A DNA stretch of 64,000 nucleotides from Candidatus Woesebacteria bacterium RIFCSPLOWO2_01_FULL_44_24b (GTDB taxonomy: Bacteria; Patescibacteriota; Microgenomatia; UBA8517). The notes beneath the pieces are model-generated. The model was not told where the DNA came from. It made no database searches and saw only the letters and a program-made list of their open reading frames with translations. Location of the stretch: NCBI GenBank assembly GCA_001793235.1, contig MGHM01000017.1:2971-66970 (forward strand), read 5' to 3'. Positions 46,448 to 55,233 of the stretch are shown piece by piece; positions within the stretch are counted from its first letter, which is position 1; each line of letters starts with the position of its first letter. The translations under genes were made by a program, and so were the position numbers.

Positions 46448-47110
46448 TCAGTACTCCACGAAGTAGTTGATGTCGGCGTTTTGCTTCACTTCTGCAATCC
46501 AAGTGGAATACTGTGTTGAGAGCTCCTGCTGAAGAAGCTCCTCACGCGCCAGCTTCTTAAGCCCCTCTTCATCAAGATTTGTAGGCAAATACGCCTTGTT
46601 AGTTTCTATAAACTCGGCTATTTTCTCGTCAGTAATGGTAACTTTTCCCTCCAGAAGCTTTTCAACATAAAGCTGAACCTTTATCTGGTCCCGGAAATCC
46701 GCCTGGCTGATGCCTTGGGTTGCAAGTAAAGCGTCAATATCTTGACCTTGGGCGCTCATCTGCTCTTTAAGTGCACTTACTTTTGCATCAATGTCTGCAT
46801 CAGTAACCGTTATATTTGCTTTTCTGGCCTCCTGAGAGACGAGCATCTCGCTAATGAGGTTGTCCAAAACTTGTTTACCCCCCTGCTTTTCCAACTCCCT
46901 GACAACAGAGACTCTGGAGAGTGGATAACCATTAACAGTAGCTGCTACAAAAAGATCTTTTGAAGAAAATAAAACATAAGCAAGAGCCAAAACCACAACA
47001 AAGATAAAAAGCCTCTTGCGCATGCCCATCGATGCCTTCACTGAAGCCACTGGCTTTTTTTCAACTTTATTATTAACTTTACTAACTTTTTTTACTACTT
47101 TAGCCGCCAT
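46448..47110 (-). CDS. SurA N-terminal-domain chaperone-like protein (no PPIase domain)
   Basis: Signal anchor followed by VNGYPLSRVSVVRELEKQ...LISEMLVSQEARKANITVTDADIDAKV, typical of SurA_N/PpiD-like domains. Confidence 0.5.
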   Translation of the reverse strand: MAAKVVKKVSKVNNKVEKKPVASVKASMGMRKRLFIFVVVLALAYVLFSSKDLFVAATVNGYPLSRVSVVRELEKQGGKQVLDNLISEMLVSQEARKANITVTDADIDAKVSALKEQMSAQGQDIDALLATQGISQADFRDQIKVQLYVEKLLEGKVTITDEKIAEFIETNKAYLPTNLDEEGLKKLAREELLQQELSTQYSTWIAEVKQNADINYFVEY

Positions 47111-47129
47111 GGTTTAGAGTATAACACAG

Positions 47130-47348
47130 TTACTTCTTTTTTTTCTTGCTTCTCCCGTAGTGATGAGCTAGTGCAATCGCAAGCCCCAATGGAATTGCCA
47201 AAATAAGGCTTTTTACAAACATCAAAAACAAGACTGTAAACGCAGAACCCAAGGCAACACTTTCCGTAGTCGGGTCCAGTTCGCGATTAAGAAATCCTTT
47301 CTTTTTTGCTGCCACAAACATCACCTCCTTGCTAAGAATAAGACGCAA
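47130..47348 (-). CDS. Small membrane protein ending in a poly-Lys tail, hypothetical
   Basis: Hydrophobic 64-72 aa ORF; start uncertain (47321 or 47348). Confidence 0.3.
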   Translation of the reverse strand: MRLILSKEVMFVAAKKKGFLNRELDPTTESVALGSAFTVLFLMFVKSLILAIPLGLAIALAHHYGRSKKKKK

Positions 47349-47932
47349 AGAATGCCCGCGTCAATAGCAATTACCGGAAGTAAATATAAACCCGCAATCT
47401 TAAGCACCTCAACATCAGCGTCGAAATAAACTCTTAGCCCCAAGAGATATAAAATTACACCGATTACCAAGCTAAATATAATTACCTTCCACGCACCTTC
47501 CATGTCTTTTTTACTTGAAAACATGGTGTTGCCCACAACAAAAATAAAGTAAGACAGAAAGGCAACGACTCGCCAATCACTGGTTAATTCATGAGTAACA
47601 ACTAAATACACAATCCCTATTATTAAGAAAAGGCCAACAATTACGGGTGCCGCGCCAATAATTAATCTTTTGACGATATTGGTTTTTTCAATGGCAACAC
47701 TCCCGAGAACAATCTCGGTTTCTCTCTTTTCAGGCCTGAGAGAGAATTTTCCAACCCGCACGAACAATAATTTTGCAGCTATATAATGCGACAACTCATG
47801 TAAAAACGTCCCCGGTAAAAATAATAGTATGTAAACCGGAGTTGGTAAAAGCCCGAAAAAGCGTGAGTTTACGGCACGGGCCAGCCTCCAAAGAAGAATT
47901 ATTTCAAGGGCAAAAAGTAAAAAGTAGGGCAC
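47321..47932 (-). CDS. Polytopic membrane protein with HExxH motif (putative intramembrane/M50-like metalloprotease)
   Basis: FLHELSHYIAAKLLF sits in a TM context, and there are about five TM segments. Confidence 0.45.
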   Translation of the reverse strand: MPYFLLFALEIILLWRLARAVNSRFFGLLPTPVYILLFLPGTFLHELSHYIAAKLLFVRVGKFSLRPEKRETEIVLGSVAIEKTNIVKRLIIGAAPVIVGLFLIIGIVYLVVTHELTSDWRVVAFLSYFIFVVGNTMFSSKKDMEGAWKVIIFSLVIGVILYLLGLRVYFDADVEVLKIAGLYLLPVIAIDAGILCVLFLARR

Positions 47933-47935
47933 TAC

Positions 47936-48856
47936 CTATGATACAACTTTCTCAATTGCAGGGGCCATTTGCTTTTTTCTGGAAACCACTCCGGGGAGTT
48001 TCATATAATCGCCCTCGAAATCTTTACCAAAAGCCTTCTTGGCCACTTCCCTCGCGTTAGCGTTAGAGACCAGAAGTTCCGAACTGGTTTCCAAAATGTT
48101 GACGATAAAGAAAAATATTTCATGGAGCTTTTCCTCTGACTTAAGCGCTTCCATTTCTTTTGTGATTTCTGCGCTTAATCTTTTGGCATTTTCAGGTTTT
48201 GTAGTTTCTACCCCTGATATTCTCACCTTCTTACCTCCAAAGTCGAAAACTTTACTGTCAACGTATAGAATATCTCGCGCAGTCATGCCGGTTAAGTCAC
48301 TTTTTGCAGCAAACATGCCGTCTGCATGTTTATCAATATCAAGTCCTGCAATCTTGGTCAGCTCCTCTGCGGCTTTTTTATCTTCTTCAGTGGTCGTTGG
48401 GCTTGTGAACTTTAAAGTGTCGGACAAAATTGCAGACAACATTAAAGTCGTAATTTCCTTGGCAGGAGCGATATTATCTCTTTGCATCAGCTGGAAAACC
48501 AAAGTCGAGGAGCAGCCCACCGGCTTCATATAAACTTCCAAGGGCGATTCAGTAGTAAGCCCGGCCAGTTTATGATGATCAACTATGGTCTTGATTACGG
48601 CTTCACCGATATTGTTTGGAAGCTCCTCCGGGTTGTTTGTGTCCACCACAACCACCTCATCTCCCACAGAAAGCTTGTCCAGTAGTTTGGGAGCTTGAAC
48701 TTTTGCAGCATTTAAAACAAATTTGGTCTCACGATTAAGTTCCCCCAAAACAAAAGCCTCGGCGTCTTCACCTTTTTGCTTCAAAAACCAAGCATAAGCC
48801 ATGGGGGCACAAGTTGCATCGGTATCTGGGGATTTGTGGCCAAAGACCTTGATCAT
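47936..48856 (-). CDS. ppaC: Manganese-dependent inorganic pyrophosphatase, family II (DHH-DHHA2)
   Basis: MIKVFGHKSPDTDATCAPMAYA...VVVDTNNPEELP...IVDHHKL (DHH motifs). Confidence 0.8.
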   Translation of the reverse strand: MIKVFGHKSPDTDATCAPMAYAWFLKQKGEDAEAFVLGELNRETKFVLNAAKVQAPKLLDKLSVGDEVVVVDTNNPEELPNNIGEAVIKTIVDHHKLAGLTTESPLEVYMKPVGCSSTLVFQLMQRDNIAPAKEITTLMLSAILSDTLKFTSPTTTEEDKKAAEELTKIAGLDIDKHADGMFAAKSDLTGMTARDILYVDSKVFDFGGKKVRISGVETTKPENAKRLSAEITKEMEALKSEEKLHEIFFFIVNILETSSELLVSNANAREVAKKAFGKDFEGDYMKLPGVVSRKKQMAPAIEKVVS

Positions 48857-48881
48857 ATGGGGTTTATTCTACTACAAAACA

Positions 48882-49118
48882 CTACTTATTTGTACAGTTG
48901 GTTGTGACATCTCTACTTTTGAGAATAAAATGCGCTCTCCAATCCCCACCAAAAGCAATAGACCGATATCCTTTCCATCTCCCAGTTAGAGGATGGTTGT
49001 AAAGAATGGGGTGATATGGTTGCTTCACAAACACTGCCAGTGCGGCTGCAAATCTTCTTTTTTGAGTCGATGGCAATTTTTTGTGCTGTTTTTTAAATTT
49101 GGGGTGATACTCCAAAAT
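48882..49118 (-). CDS. Type II toxin, YafQ/RelE-family mRNA interferase
   Basis: ILEYHPKFKKQHKKLP...KRRFAAALAVFVKQPYHPILYNHPLTGRWKGYRSIAFGGDWRAHFIL matches the YafQ pattern (...LkG.w.GyrechI.pDwllIY). Confidence 0.55.
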   Translation of the reverse strand: MLEYHPKFKKQHKKLPSTQKRRFAAALAVFVKQPYHPILYNHPLTGRWKGYRSIAFGGDWRAHFILKSRDVTTNCTNK

Positions 49119-49125
49119 CATGAAG

Positions 49126-49401
49126 TTATTCCTCAAGCGAAGCTAACATTTCCTCGGCAGTATCAAATGGCCCTACAATGTTGCGCCCTGCCTTAATATC
49201 CCTCTCAACTTCTTTCATAATCTTTTCCAAATAGGGAGTGGGCGTGAGTGGAGATTCTAAAACCACACGGCGGCTACGAACCGCCTGTTTCAGCACAACT
49301 GTCGCAAAGGCACTCACAGAAAGCCCCACAGAGGCTGCAAAATCAGCGATTTCTTTCTTTGTTTTTTTATCTGTTCTAATACTTAGAAGTGCAGTATTCA
49401 T
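49126..49401 (-). CDS. Type II antitoxin, DinJ/RelB family
   Basis: MNTALLSIRTDKKTKKEIADFAASVGLSVSAFATVVLKQAV is an RHH DinJ-like N-terminus; immediately upstream of the YafQ-like toxin. Confidence 0.55.
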   Translation of the reverse strand: MNTALLSIRTDKKTKKEIADFAASVGLSVSAFATVVLKQAVRSRRVVLESPLTPTPYLEKIMKEVERDIKAGRNIVGPFDTAEEMLASLEE

Positions 49402-49451
49402 TATGATGACATTGTATAACATTTGTCATCATTTTGTCAACAAAGTAATAA

Positions 49452-49916
49452 CTACTCGTTTAAGTTAGTTTTTCGGACCAATTTCGCAATATAGACTATT
49501 TGCCGTAGCTCCCCGTCTTCGCTTTCAAACTCGTTGGCACCGGTTAACCTTTGATATTCACGAAGATAATAAGACAAGCTTTCTTGAAGCTCCTTCCCCT
49601 CGTTCTTAATATCCTCAATTTTCTGATTCAACTCAGCAGCCTGCGGCTGGCGCAAAATTCTGTGCTTCGCCTCGCTTTTGTTTTTACTGGCCTTTTTGGC
49701 AATCTCATTTTTATCAGTATAATCTTCGTCATTTGCAAAAATGGAGCCCAGCATTTCTTTATGGGGCTTCATGTCCTCTTTGAGGTTTTCAAGCTTTTTA
49801 AGGCGGGAATTTATCGCATCCTGAATTTCAAGAAGGCTCATCACATTCTCCCCAACTACTTCCGCGTCTTCGATTTTTTCGTCGGTGGCTTTTATAGGCT
49901 CATCCATGGCCCTCAA
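49452..49916 (-). CDS. Coiled-coil hypothetical protein (154 aa)
   Basis: Highly charged helical ORF; no motif recognised. Confidence 0.4.
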   Translation of the reverse strand: MRAMDEPIKATDEKIEDAEVVGENVMSLLEIQDAINSRLKKLENLKEDMKPHKEMLGSIFANDEDYTDKNEIAKKASKNKSEAKHRILRQPQAAELNQKIEDIKNEGKELQESLSYYLREYQRLTGANEFESEDGELRQIVYIAKLVRKTNLNE

Positions 49917-49953
49917 TTTATCAAAATACTAGGCAAACTTACAAGTAGCAATA

Positions 49954-50640
49954 TTATATCTCTACTCCGTCAACAACCCACGGGCCGTCATCAACCGGGC
50001 AGGGAAGATATTGTCCATACTGCTCTCTCTTTTGCATCACAGTCTTTGCAATAAAAAATTCTGTATCTGTATATGTATTGTATATCTGCTTAATTCCCTT
50101 GTCAGTAAATAAAGCATCAACGCCATAACGCTCCAATATTTTCAAACGGGGGATATATGCCACCATTGTTTTTTCTCCTTCGTGCCCAGGTTTTGGGCAA
50201 AGGTATAAATCATAATAATCTTCAGCTAAAGCATCCAAGGTTTCATGCCTGGGTTGTCTATCCATCGTATTTGGATCACTTGAAAATGAAACACCGCCGT
50301 ACATTTTCGTTTCTGGTACGACATAAGAAGACACATTGTGATGAACATCGTTTTTATTGGCCAGTAACAACATCAAATCCGGATCGTAACCGCGAGGATA
50401 AAGCATGGCCAACAAAAGCAGTGTTCCGTTAAAACATGTTGCCCTCTTCTCCTCTAGAACGCGAACGATTGATATATCTTCCCCTGTCTCGTCATAAGTG
50501 AGATATCCTTTGACAAACTCTTGAGCCTTTTGTGGTGTATCATTTTCAATAACATGGGGTATAAGAATTTCGGGGTAACCCAAGGAAGACAGATATCCTT
50601 CCATGCTCCGCCTTGATTCAACCTCTACTGGTAAAGCCAT
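49954..50640 (-). CDS. Hypothetical protein (228 aa), possible papain/transglutaminase-like Cys-His fold
   Basis: ATCFNGTLLLLAML followed by HHNVSSYVV, weakly reminiscent of a transglutaminase-like Cys...His core. Confidence 0.35.
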   Translation of the reverse strand: MALPVEVESRRSMEGYLSSLGYPEILIPHVIENDTPQKAQEFVKGYLTYDETGEDISIVRVLEEKRATCFNGTLLLLAMLYPRGYDPDLMLLLANKNDVHHNVSSYVVPETKMYGGVSFSSDPNTMDRQPRHETLDALAEDYYDLYLCPKPGHEGEKTMVAYIPRLKILERYGVDALFTDKGIKQIYNTYTDTEFFIAKTVMQKREQYGQYLPCPVDDGPWVVDGVEI

Positions 50641-50682
50641 GGGGGGATTTTAGCACTTTTGAGTGTTAAAGAAAAGAAATTT

Positions 50683-51327
50683 TTACGCAACAGTTTTTCT
50701 TTGCTTGATAAACTGCTGGGCAAATTTACCAACCAAAAAGATAAGTGAAAATGATCCTACAAATATCGCAGTAAATGTTATAAAAATTAGTGGGGTTTGT
50801 GAGTTTAGCGCAATTGTGTACCAAATTAATACACCCGGAATGGCGGCTACCAAAGATACAACGAAATAAGTTTTGAACTTCATGTTGGTCAAACCCATTG
50901 CATAAGAAATAAAATCATTCAGGCTACCCAAAAAAACGCGGAGGAAAAACAGACTTACAATTCCATGCTCAACAGTGAACTTATCAACAGTCCTCATATT
51001 TTTTTCTCCGACAAATCGTTTTATTAATGGTCTGCCCCATCTTCTTGAAATATAAAAATTAACAGCAGCACTGATAATCCCGGATATCGTCAGGAGAAAT
51101 ACAATTTGGGGGCCATAAAGCACAAAACCAACAAACATAAGCGGTGTTCCACTTAGTGGCGCAATTACGGTTGTTACAACTCCAAGTAAAATTATCAAAA
51201 ATGGCCCCAGTATCCCAGCTCTTTCTATCCACTCTTTAATTACATTGGGGTCAACAGAGCGGCTTAGTAAATAAAGAAGAGCAATTACTACCAAGACTGG
51301 TATAACTGAATACAGCTTCTCTTTCAT
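50683..51327 (-). CDS. DedA/TVP38 (SNARE-associated) family membrane protein
   Basis: GPFLIILLGVVTTVIAPLSGTPLMFVGFVLYGP and overall topology typical of DedA. Confidence 0.6.
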   Translation of the reverse strand: MKEKLYSVIPVLVVIALLYLLSRSVDPNVIKEWIERAGILGPFLIILLGVVTTVIAPLSGTPLMFVGFVLYGPQIVFLLTISGIISAAVNFYISRRWGRPLIKRFVGEKNMRTVDKFTVEHGIVSLFFLRVFLGSLNDFISYAMGLTNMKFKTYFVVSLVAAIPGVLIWYTIALNSQTPLIFITFTAIFVGSFSLIFLVGKFAQQFIKQRKTVA

Positions 51328-51368
51328 ACCAAAAGTATACAGTAAACACTCATGTTATAATTTTCCTC

Positions 51369-52616
51369 ATGGCAACAACTGAGCGCGCAGAGCTACGCTT
51401 TTCTGTTGAAAAAAGTGCATACATTGGAAACCTGCATGTTGGCTACGTAGGCTATGGCAAGTGGCGAGCACTTCCGGGCAACGAAGGCTTTACTGGAGGA
51501 TTTACTTTTCCCCCGGAATACGATGCTTACTCGGATTACGCACATGTGCAAAATGTTGAGAAGGTCGAAGCACTTGCAAAGCGTGCCATGAAAGCCAAAG
51601 ACTGGGACGGGATCGATATCTTAGTGGGGGCTTCCGTGTCGGCTAGGGATTATGTTCCTCACGAAACAGCTGACAATCTAAGACAGAATGGAATTTACGT
51701 CGGGGAAAGCAAATTTTATGGCTATGCCTGCCTTGGTGGGATGGCAGCAGTTACAGATCTTGCCCTTGATCCAAAATATGAAGGGGCAAGAGTTGTGGTA
51801 GTGCCATTTGAGAATTTAAGCGGTACAGTCATGGGACCAGTTGAGAACGGAGAATATAATGCAACACAAAACATGTTCGGCAATGGCGCAGGATGGATGG
51901 CGTTTGAAGCAGGAAAGGATTTAAAGTGTTTATATGCCTGCGTTGTCGTTGATCACGACGAATACGGAGTTATCAAAGTTCCTCGCGCATACGAGTTACC
52001 CCCTGAGGAAGAAAGGCTTGAGCCTCCTGCACACTACCAATTTGTTGGTGATTCCAGAAAACATTTCGCTTGGACCAAAAATGGAGCATACAAAGAAATG
52101 CCTTTATCTAAGGATCATACCAGAATGGAGCCTATACCAACTCTAAAAGAATTTGCTTATAAAGGTGCGGAACATATAGCACAAAACGATAGTGTATTTA
52201 TTTCTAAATATTGGCCCAAATATGGTTTCATGCCCATTGGCGAGCCTTGGATGCACCAAGCAAGTAGTACTGTAGTGGGGGCATTGGAAAACAGAACTCG
52301 AATTCAAATGCTTTCTTACTACGGAGTGGAAAGAGCCACAATAACTAAGCTGAATAAAATGGACCAATTTGAGCGACAAGAGAAAATTGCAGAAATATTA
52401 GGAGCAAAAGATGTTCCCGCGTTGTGGTACCACGATCCAAGCTTGCCATGGGTAATGAAAGAGTCGCTATTGAATAACGTAAGCGGTGCTACGTCATTTG
52501 TACAACTCACCGAAATGGCATGTCAAGGAAGAATAAAGCCGGGTACAATAACTCCTGCCTACGGCTTTGCCATTGGGTCTATGTTTGGAAGTTATTATGT
52601 GGTTTTTGATCAATAA
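51369..52616 (+). CDS. Thiolase-fold condensing enzyme (HMG-CoA-synthase / FabH-like)
   Basis: YGYACLGGMAAV (active-site Cys as in NACYGGT/AACAG), later HQASSTVV (His) and NNVSGATS (Asn); 415 aa. Confidence 0.45.
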   Translation: MATTERAELRFSVEKSAYIGNLHVGYVGYGKWRALPGNEGFTGGFTFPPEYDAYSDYAHVQNVEKVEALAKRAMKAKDWDGIDILVGASVSARDYVPHETADNLRQNGIYVGESKFYGYACLGGMAAVTDLALDPKYEGARVVVVPFENLSGTVMGPVENGEYNATQNMFGNGAGWMAFEAGKDLKCLYACVVVDHDEYGVIKVPRAYELPPEEERLEPPAHYQFVGDSRKHFAWTKNGAYKEMPLSKDHTRMEPIPTLKEFAYKGAEHIAQNDSVFISKYWPKYGFMPIGEPWMHQASSTVVGALENRTRIQMLSYYGVERATITKLNKMDQFERQEKIAEILGAKDVPALWYHDPSLPWVMKESLLNNVSGATSFVQLTEMACQGRIKPGTITPAYGFAIGSMFGSYYVVFDQ

Positions 52617-53829
52617 ACTGCACAACTTCTTCAAGGGCAACAAGCTTATTTTCCCCTGAAGCCATTTCTTTGAGAGTAACTTTATTTTGTTTGACTTCCT
52701 CTTCCCCGATTATGACAACATAGGGTATTCCCTTTTTATCTGCATATTTTATTTGCTTACCAATTTGAGTGTCGTTATCCGGATAGAGTTCGGTGTTAAT
52801 TCCGGCATCTCTTAGACTTGTGCTAACTTCTATGGATCTATCAAGAAATTCATCGGAAAAAACAGTTACCAAAACTCTCGTGTTTGTACCAAACTTGGGC
52901 AACAAATTCAAAGTTTCTAATGCTTCAAGCGTTCTGTCAAAACCAAACGCAATTCCCGTTCCTGCAATCTTTTTACCGATAATTCTCTCAAACATACCGT
53001 CATATCTTTCGCCCCCGCCAACGGAGCCACCGAAAGAAGCGGTAGAATAGCCCGGTATTACCATTTCCCAAATAGGGCCTTCGGAGTAGGAAAAAGATCT
53101 TGCAAGGGTTGGTTCAAACTTGTAGTTCTCTTGTGCGATTCCAGAGTTTTTTAGATACGAAAAAATTGTCTCTAGCGTCTTGTCTGGTTTCAAGTTGTTC
53201 ACTTTTTCCAAGAAATCCTCCGCTTCTTTTTGGGTAAATCCTTTGGCAATAATTTCGGAAACAACACCTTCAGCTCCTATTTTTTTAATCTTGTCTATTG
53301 CGGCAATTACTGGATAGGGAATTTCTTTGAGAAGTTCGCGGCTATTTATTAAAGCAACTACGTCCTTAAATCCTAAAGTTTTGTAAAGGTCGATACTTAC
53401 GGCTATGCACTCGGCATCGGCAATAGGGGACTCTATCCCAAAAATATCGATATCGGCTTGCACAAATTCACGGTACCTGCCTTTTTGAGGCTTTTCTGAC
53501 CTAAAAGCGGACTGGATTTGATATCTTCTAAAAGGAAAGACAATATTATTTAGGTTTTGCCCGACTACTCTTACAGAGGGCACTGTTTGGTCATACCGCA
53601 ACGCCACATCACGGTCACCTTGATCCTTAAATTTGAAAAATAATTTTTCATCTTCGCCAATTTGGCCGGCAAAAAGCTCAAGAGGCTCAAGAGTAGGAGT
53701 TTCCAAAGGCTCATAACCCCATTTCTCAAAGACAGAGACCATCTTAGTCCTAAGCCAAGCTCGTTTGCGAGCCTCTTCAGGCAAAAAGTCTCTGAATCCT
53801 TTTAGTAATTGGATGTTTTGTTTAGTCAT
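52579..53829 (-). CDS. hisS: Histidyl-tRNA synthetase
   Basis: MTKQNIQLLKGFRDFLPEEARKR... aligns with the E. coli HisRS N-terminus; class II motifs; C-terminal anticodon-binding domain. Overlaps the convergent thiolase-like gene's 3' end. Confidence 0.9.
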   Translation of the reverse strand: MTKQNIQLLKGFRDFLPEEARKRAWLRTKMVSVFEKWGYEPLETPTLEPLELFAGQIGEDEKLFFKFKDQGDRDVALRYDQTVPSVRVVGQNLNNIVFPFRRYQIQSAFRSEKPQKGRYREFVQADIDIFGIESPIADAECIAVSIDLYKTLGFKDVVALINSRELLKEIPYPVIAAIDKIKKIGAEGVVSEIIAKGFTQKEAEDFLEKVNNLKPDKTLETIFSYLKNSGIAQENYKFEPTLARSFSYSEGPIWEMVIPGYSTASFGGSVGGGERYDGMFERIIGKKIAGTGIAFGFDRTLEALETLNLLPKFGTNTRVLVTVFSDEFLDRSIEVSTSLRDAGINTELYPDNDTQIGKQIKYADKKGIPYVVIIGEEEVKQNKVTLKEMASGENKLVALEEVVQFIDQKPHNNFQT

Positions 53830-54505
53830 ATAAATAATTCTCACTCTCCATTAAAACCGCATTATTGACCTTTTCTACTTTAGCTGTAATTGTAAAAACG
53901 TTATTATTTTTCTCCACAGATATTATTTCGCCGGTCGGTTGAACAATATCTTTCATTCTGCTTATAATACTCATCGCAATGCTTCCAGACCCACAAGATG
54001 TTTCTTCAACAATTGTATTTGTGGCTTTGACATACACTATTGGCCTCAACCTACCTGAATTATAATCTACTATCCCAAAAGCTGGTAGATTATATTCTTC
54101 GGCCATTTTAGCTAAAGTCTCTGATGAGTCTAAACTATCTCTATCTGCAAACAAATAGCCAATACCTTTGAAAATCACACACCTGTCTTTAATATAAAAA
54201 GGGAGCGAAAGTTTAATGGATGTATCGCCGTTTATGTTTACATATTCGACTGGCCTTTCAACACCGCTGGTATAAAGAAACCCACTTTTATTTTTGAGAC
54301 TCCTCACAAATGCAATTGTCCCATTAACGCACAACTCATTGCCCATCATGATTAGTCTAGGCAAACCTTTAAATTCGTCAACAAATCCCACTTGCTCGAC
54401 CTCACCGAGATATTTTTTACACACAAGACCCCTCAAGTCTGCTGAGCAATTTCTGACCAGCAAAGTTGAGTTACCTCCTGCTATTATATATTTTTCGTAT
54501 TTCAT
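53822..54505 (-). CDS. Diaminopimelate-epimerase-family (DapF/PhzF-like fold) protein, short form
   Basis: YIIAGGNSTLLV (cf. GNDFxxV), MMGNELCVNGTIAF (cf. EMCGNGARC) and ETSCGSGSIA (second Cys). Start at MKYEKY (54505), because the ORF-track extension runs into the tRNA-His. Confidence 0.5.
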   Translation of the reverse strand: MKYEKYIIAGGNSTLLVRNCSADLRGLVCKKYLGEVEQVGFVDEFKGLPRLIMMGNELCVNGTIAFVRSLKNKSGFLYTSGVERPVEYVNINGDTSIKLSLPFYIKDRCVIFKGIGYLFADRDSLDSSETLAKMAEEYNLPAFGIVDYNSGRLRPIVYVKATNTIVEETSCGSGSIAMSIISRMKDIVQPTGEIISVEKNNNVFTITAKVEKVNNAVLMESENYLYD

Positions 54506-54519
54506 ATAATTTTCCTTTG

Positions 54520-54594
54520 GGTGGCTGAAGGGAATCGAACCCTCGACCTGTCGCTCCACAAGCGACCGCTCTAACCAACTGAGCTACAGCCACC
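54520..54594 (-). tRNA. tRNA-His (anticodon GUG) with encoded G-1
   Basis: Minus strand G-GTGGCTG-TAGCTCAGTTGGTTAGAGC-GGTCGCTTGTGGAGCGACA-GGTCGAGGGTTCGATTCCCTTCAGCCACC-C; near-identical layout to E. coli tRNA-His including G-1 and discriminator C73. Confidence 0.85.
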
Positions 54595-54666
54595 AAAAAA
54601 CCTCCCGTTCTTTACACACCAATTCAAATAAATGAACTAATGTATAAGGAACGAGAGGTGGTCTTA

Positions 54667-54691
54667 ACAAAAAAAGACCGCTCCCGCGGTC
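54667..54691 (-). terminator. Rho-independent terminator (minus strand) ending a ~215-nt GC-enriched untranslated region downstream of the 82-aa gene
   Basis: Minus RNA GACCGCGGGAGCGGUC followed by UUUUUUUG. Confidence 0.5.
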
Positions 54692-54904
54692 CCATCCTTA
54701 TTCTCGCCAACTTACGTTGGTAAGCTCTTGGGCCGACTCTACTTCGGCAAGCTCAGCACTTGCAGCGCGGTGACATCGACTGACTGATTTTACGGTTTGT
54801 CTTCCGTCAGGTATTTGGCCTGCAGCTCCTGGATCGTGACTCCAGTACAAACGCTTTTGACTAAACTGGCGTAGTTTACAATAAGACTGCAAATTTTGTC
54901 AAAT

Positions 54905-55153
54905 TTATTTCTTTTTTAAAACCTTCTTGCCAAGAGTGAAATCTTTATTTAGTAGAAGATAAATTGCGGGGAGAATTCCGAGGGAGTTGACCACCAAAAG
55001 CGCGATAAACCAAACCTGCTGGCCGCGCTTGGCTGCTCGCCAAAGAGCAAAGCCTTTAAGAACCAAGTCCAACAAAGCCAACGGTCCCACAATCCACAAA
55101 ATCCGGGGATTATTAAACATCCAGCCGCTCATCCAATTATTTCCCCACATCAT
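54905..55153 (-). CDS. Small 2-TM membrane protein, hypothetical
   Basis: 82-aa ORF with two hydrophobic helices and a Lys-rich C-terminus. Confidence 0.4.
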   Translation of the reverse strand: MMWGNNWMSGWMFNNPRILWIVGPLALLDLVLKGFALWRAAKRGQQVWFIALLVVNSLGILPAIYLLLNKDFTLGKKVLKKK

Positions 55154-55233
55154 ATAATTAATATTAGACTTGCAAGAAGCTATCTGTCAATATCTCAGCC
55201 AATCCTCAGCAAAGTGGTACAATATTGCCATAA

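Noticed and set aside
54506-54559. N-terminal 18 codons (MERQVEGSIPFSHPKENY) of the ORF-track dapF-like ORF.
   Set aside because: They are the antisense of tRNA-His; the real start is the downstream ATG at 54505.
54698-54892. 64-aa minus-strand ORF (MQSYCKLRQFSQKRLYWSHDPGAAGQ...).
   Set aside because: It lies in a GC-enriched, inverted-repeat-rich stretch that ends in an intrinsic terminator, and its composition is atypical for this genome's proteins. More likely a structured non-coding region (see finding).
54600-54905. Considered tmRNA or SRP RNA for the structured region next to tRNA-His.
   Set aside because: Could not find the tmRNA tRNA-like 3' end (GGTTCGA...CCACCA), an ANDxxALAA-type tag reading frame ending in stop, or the SRP domain-IV GGAA/AGCAG motif. 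Left as unclassified candidate ncRNA pending an Rfam scan.
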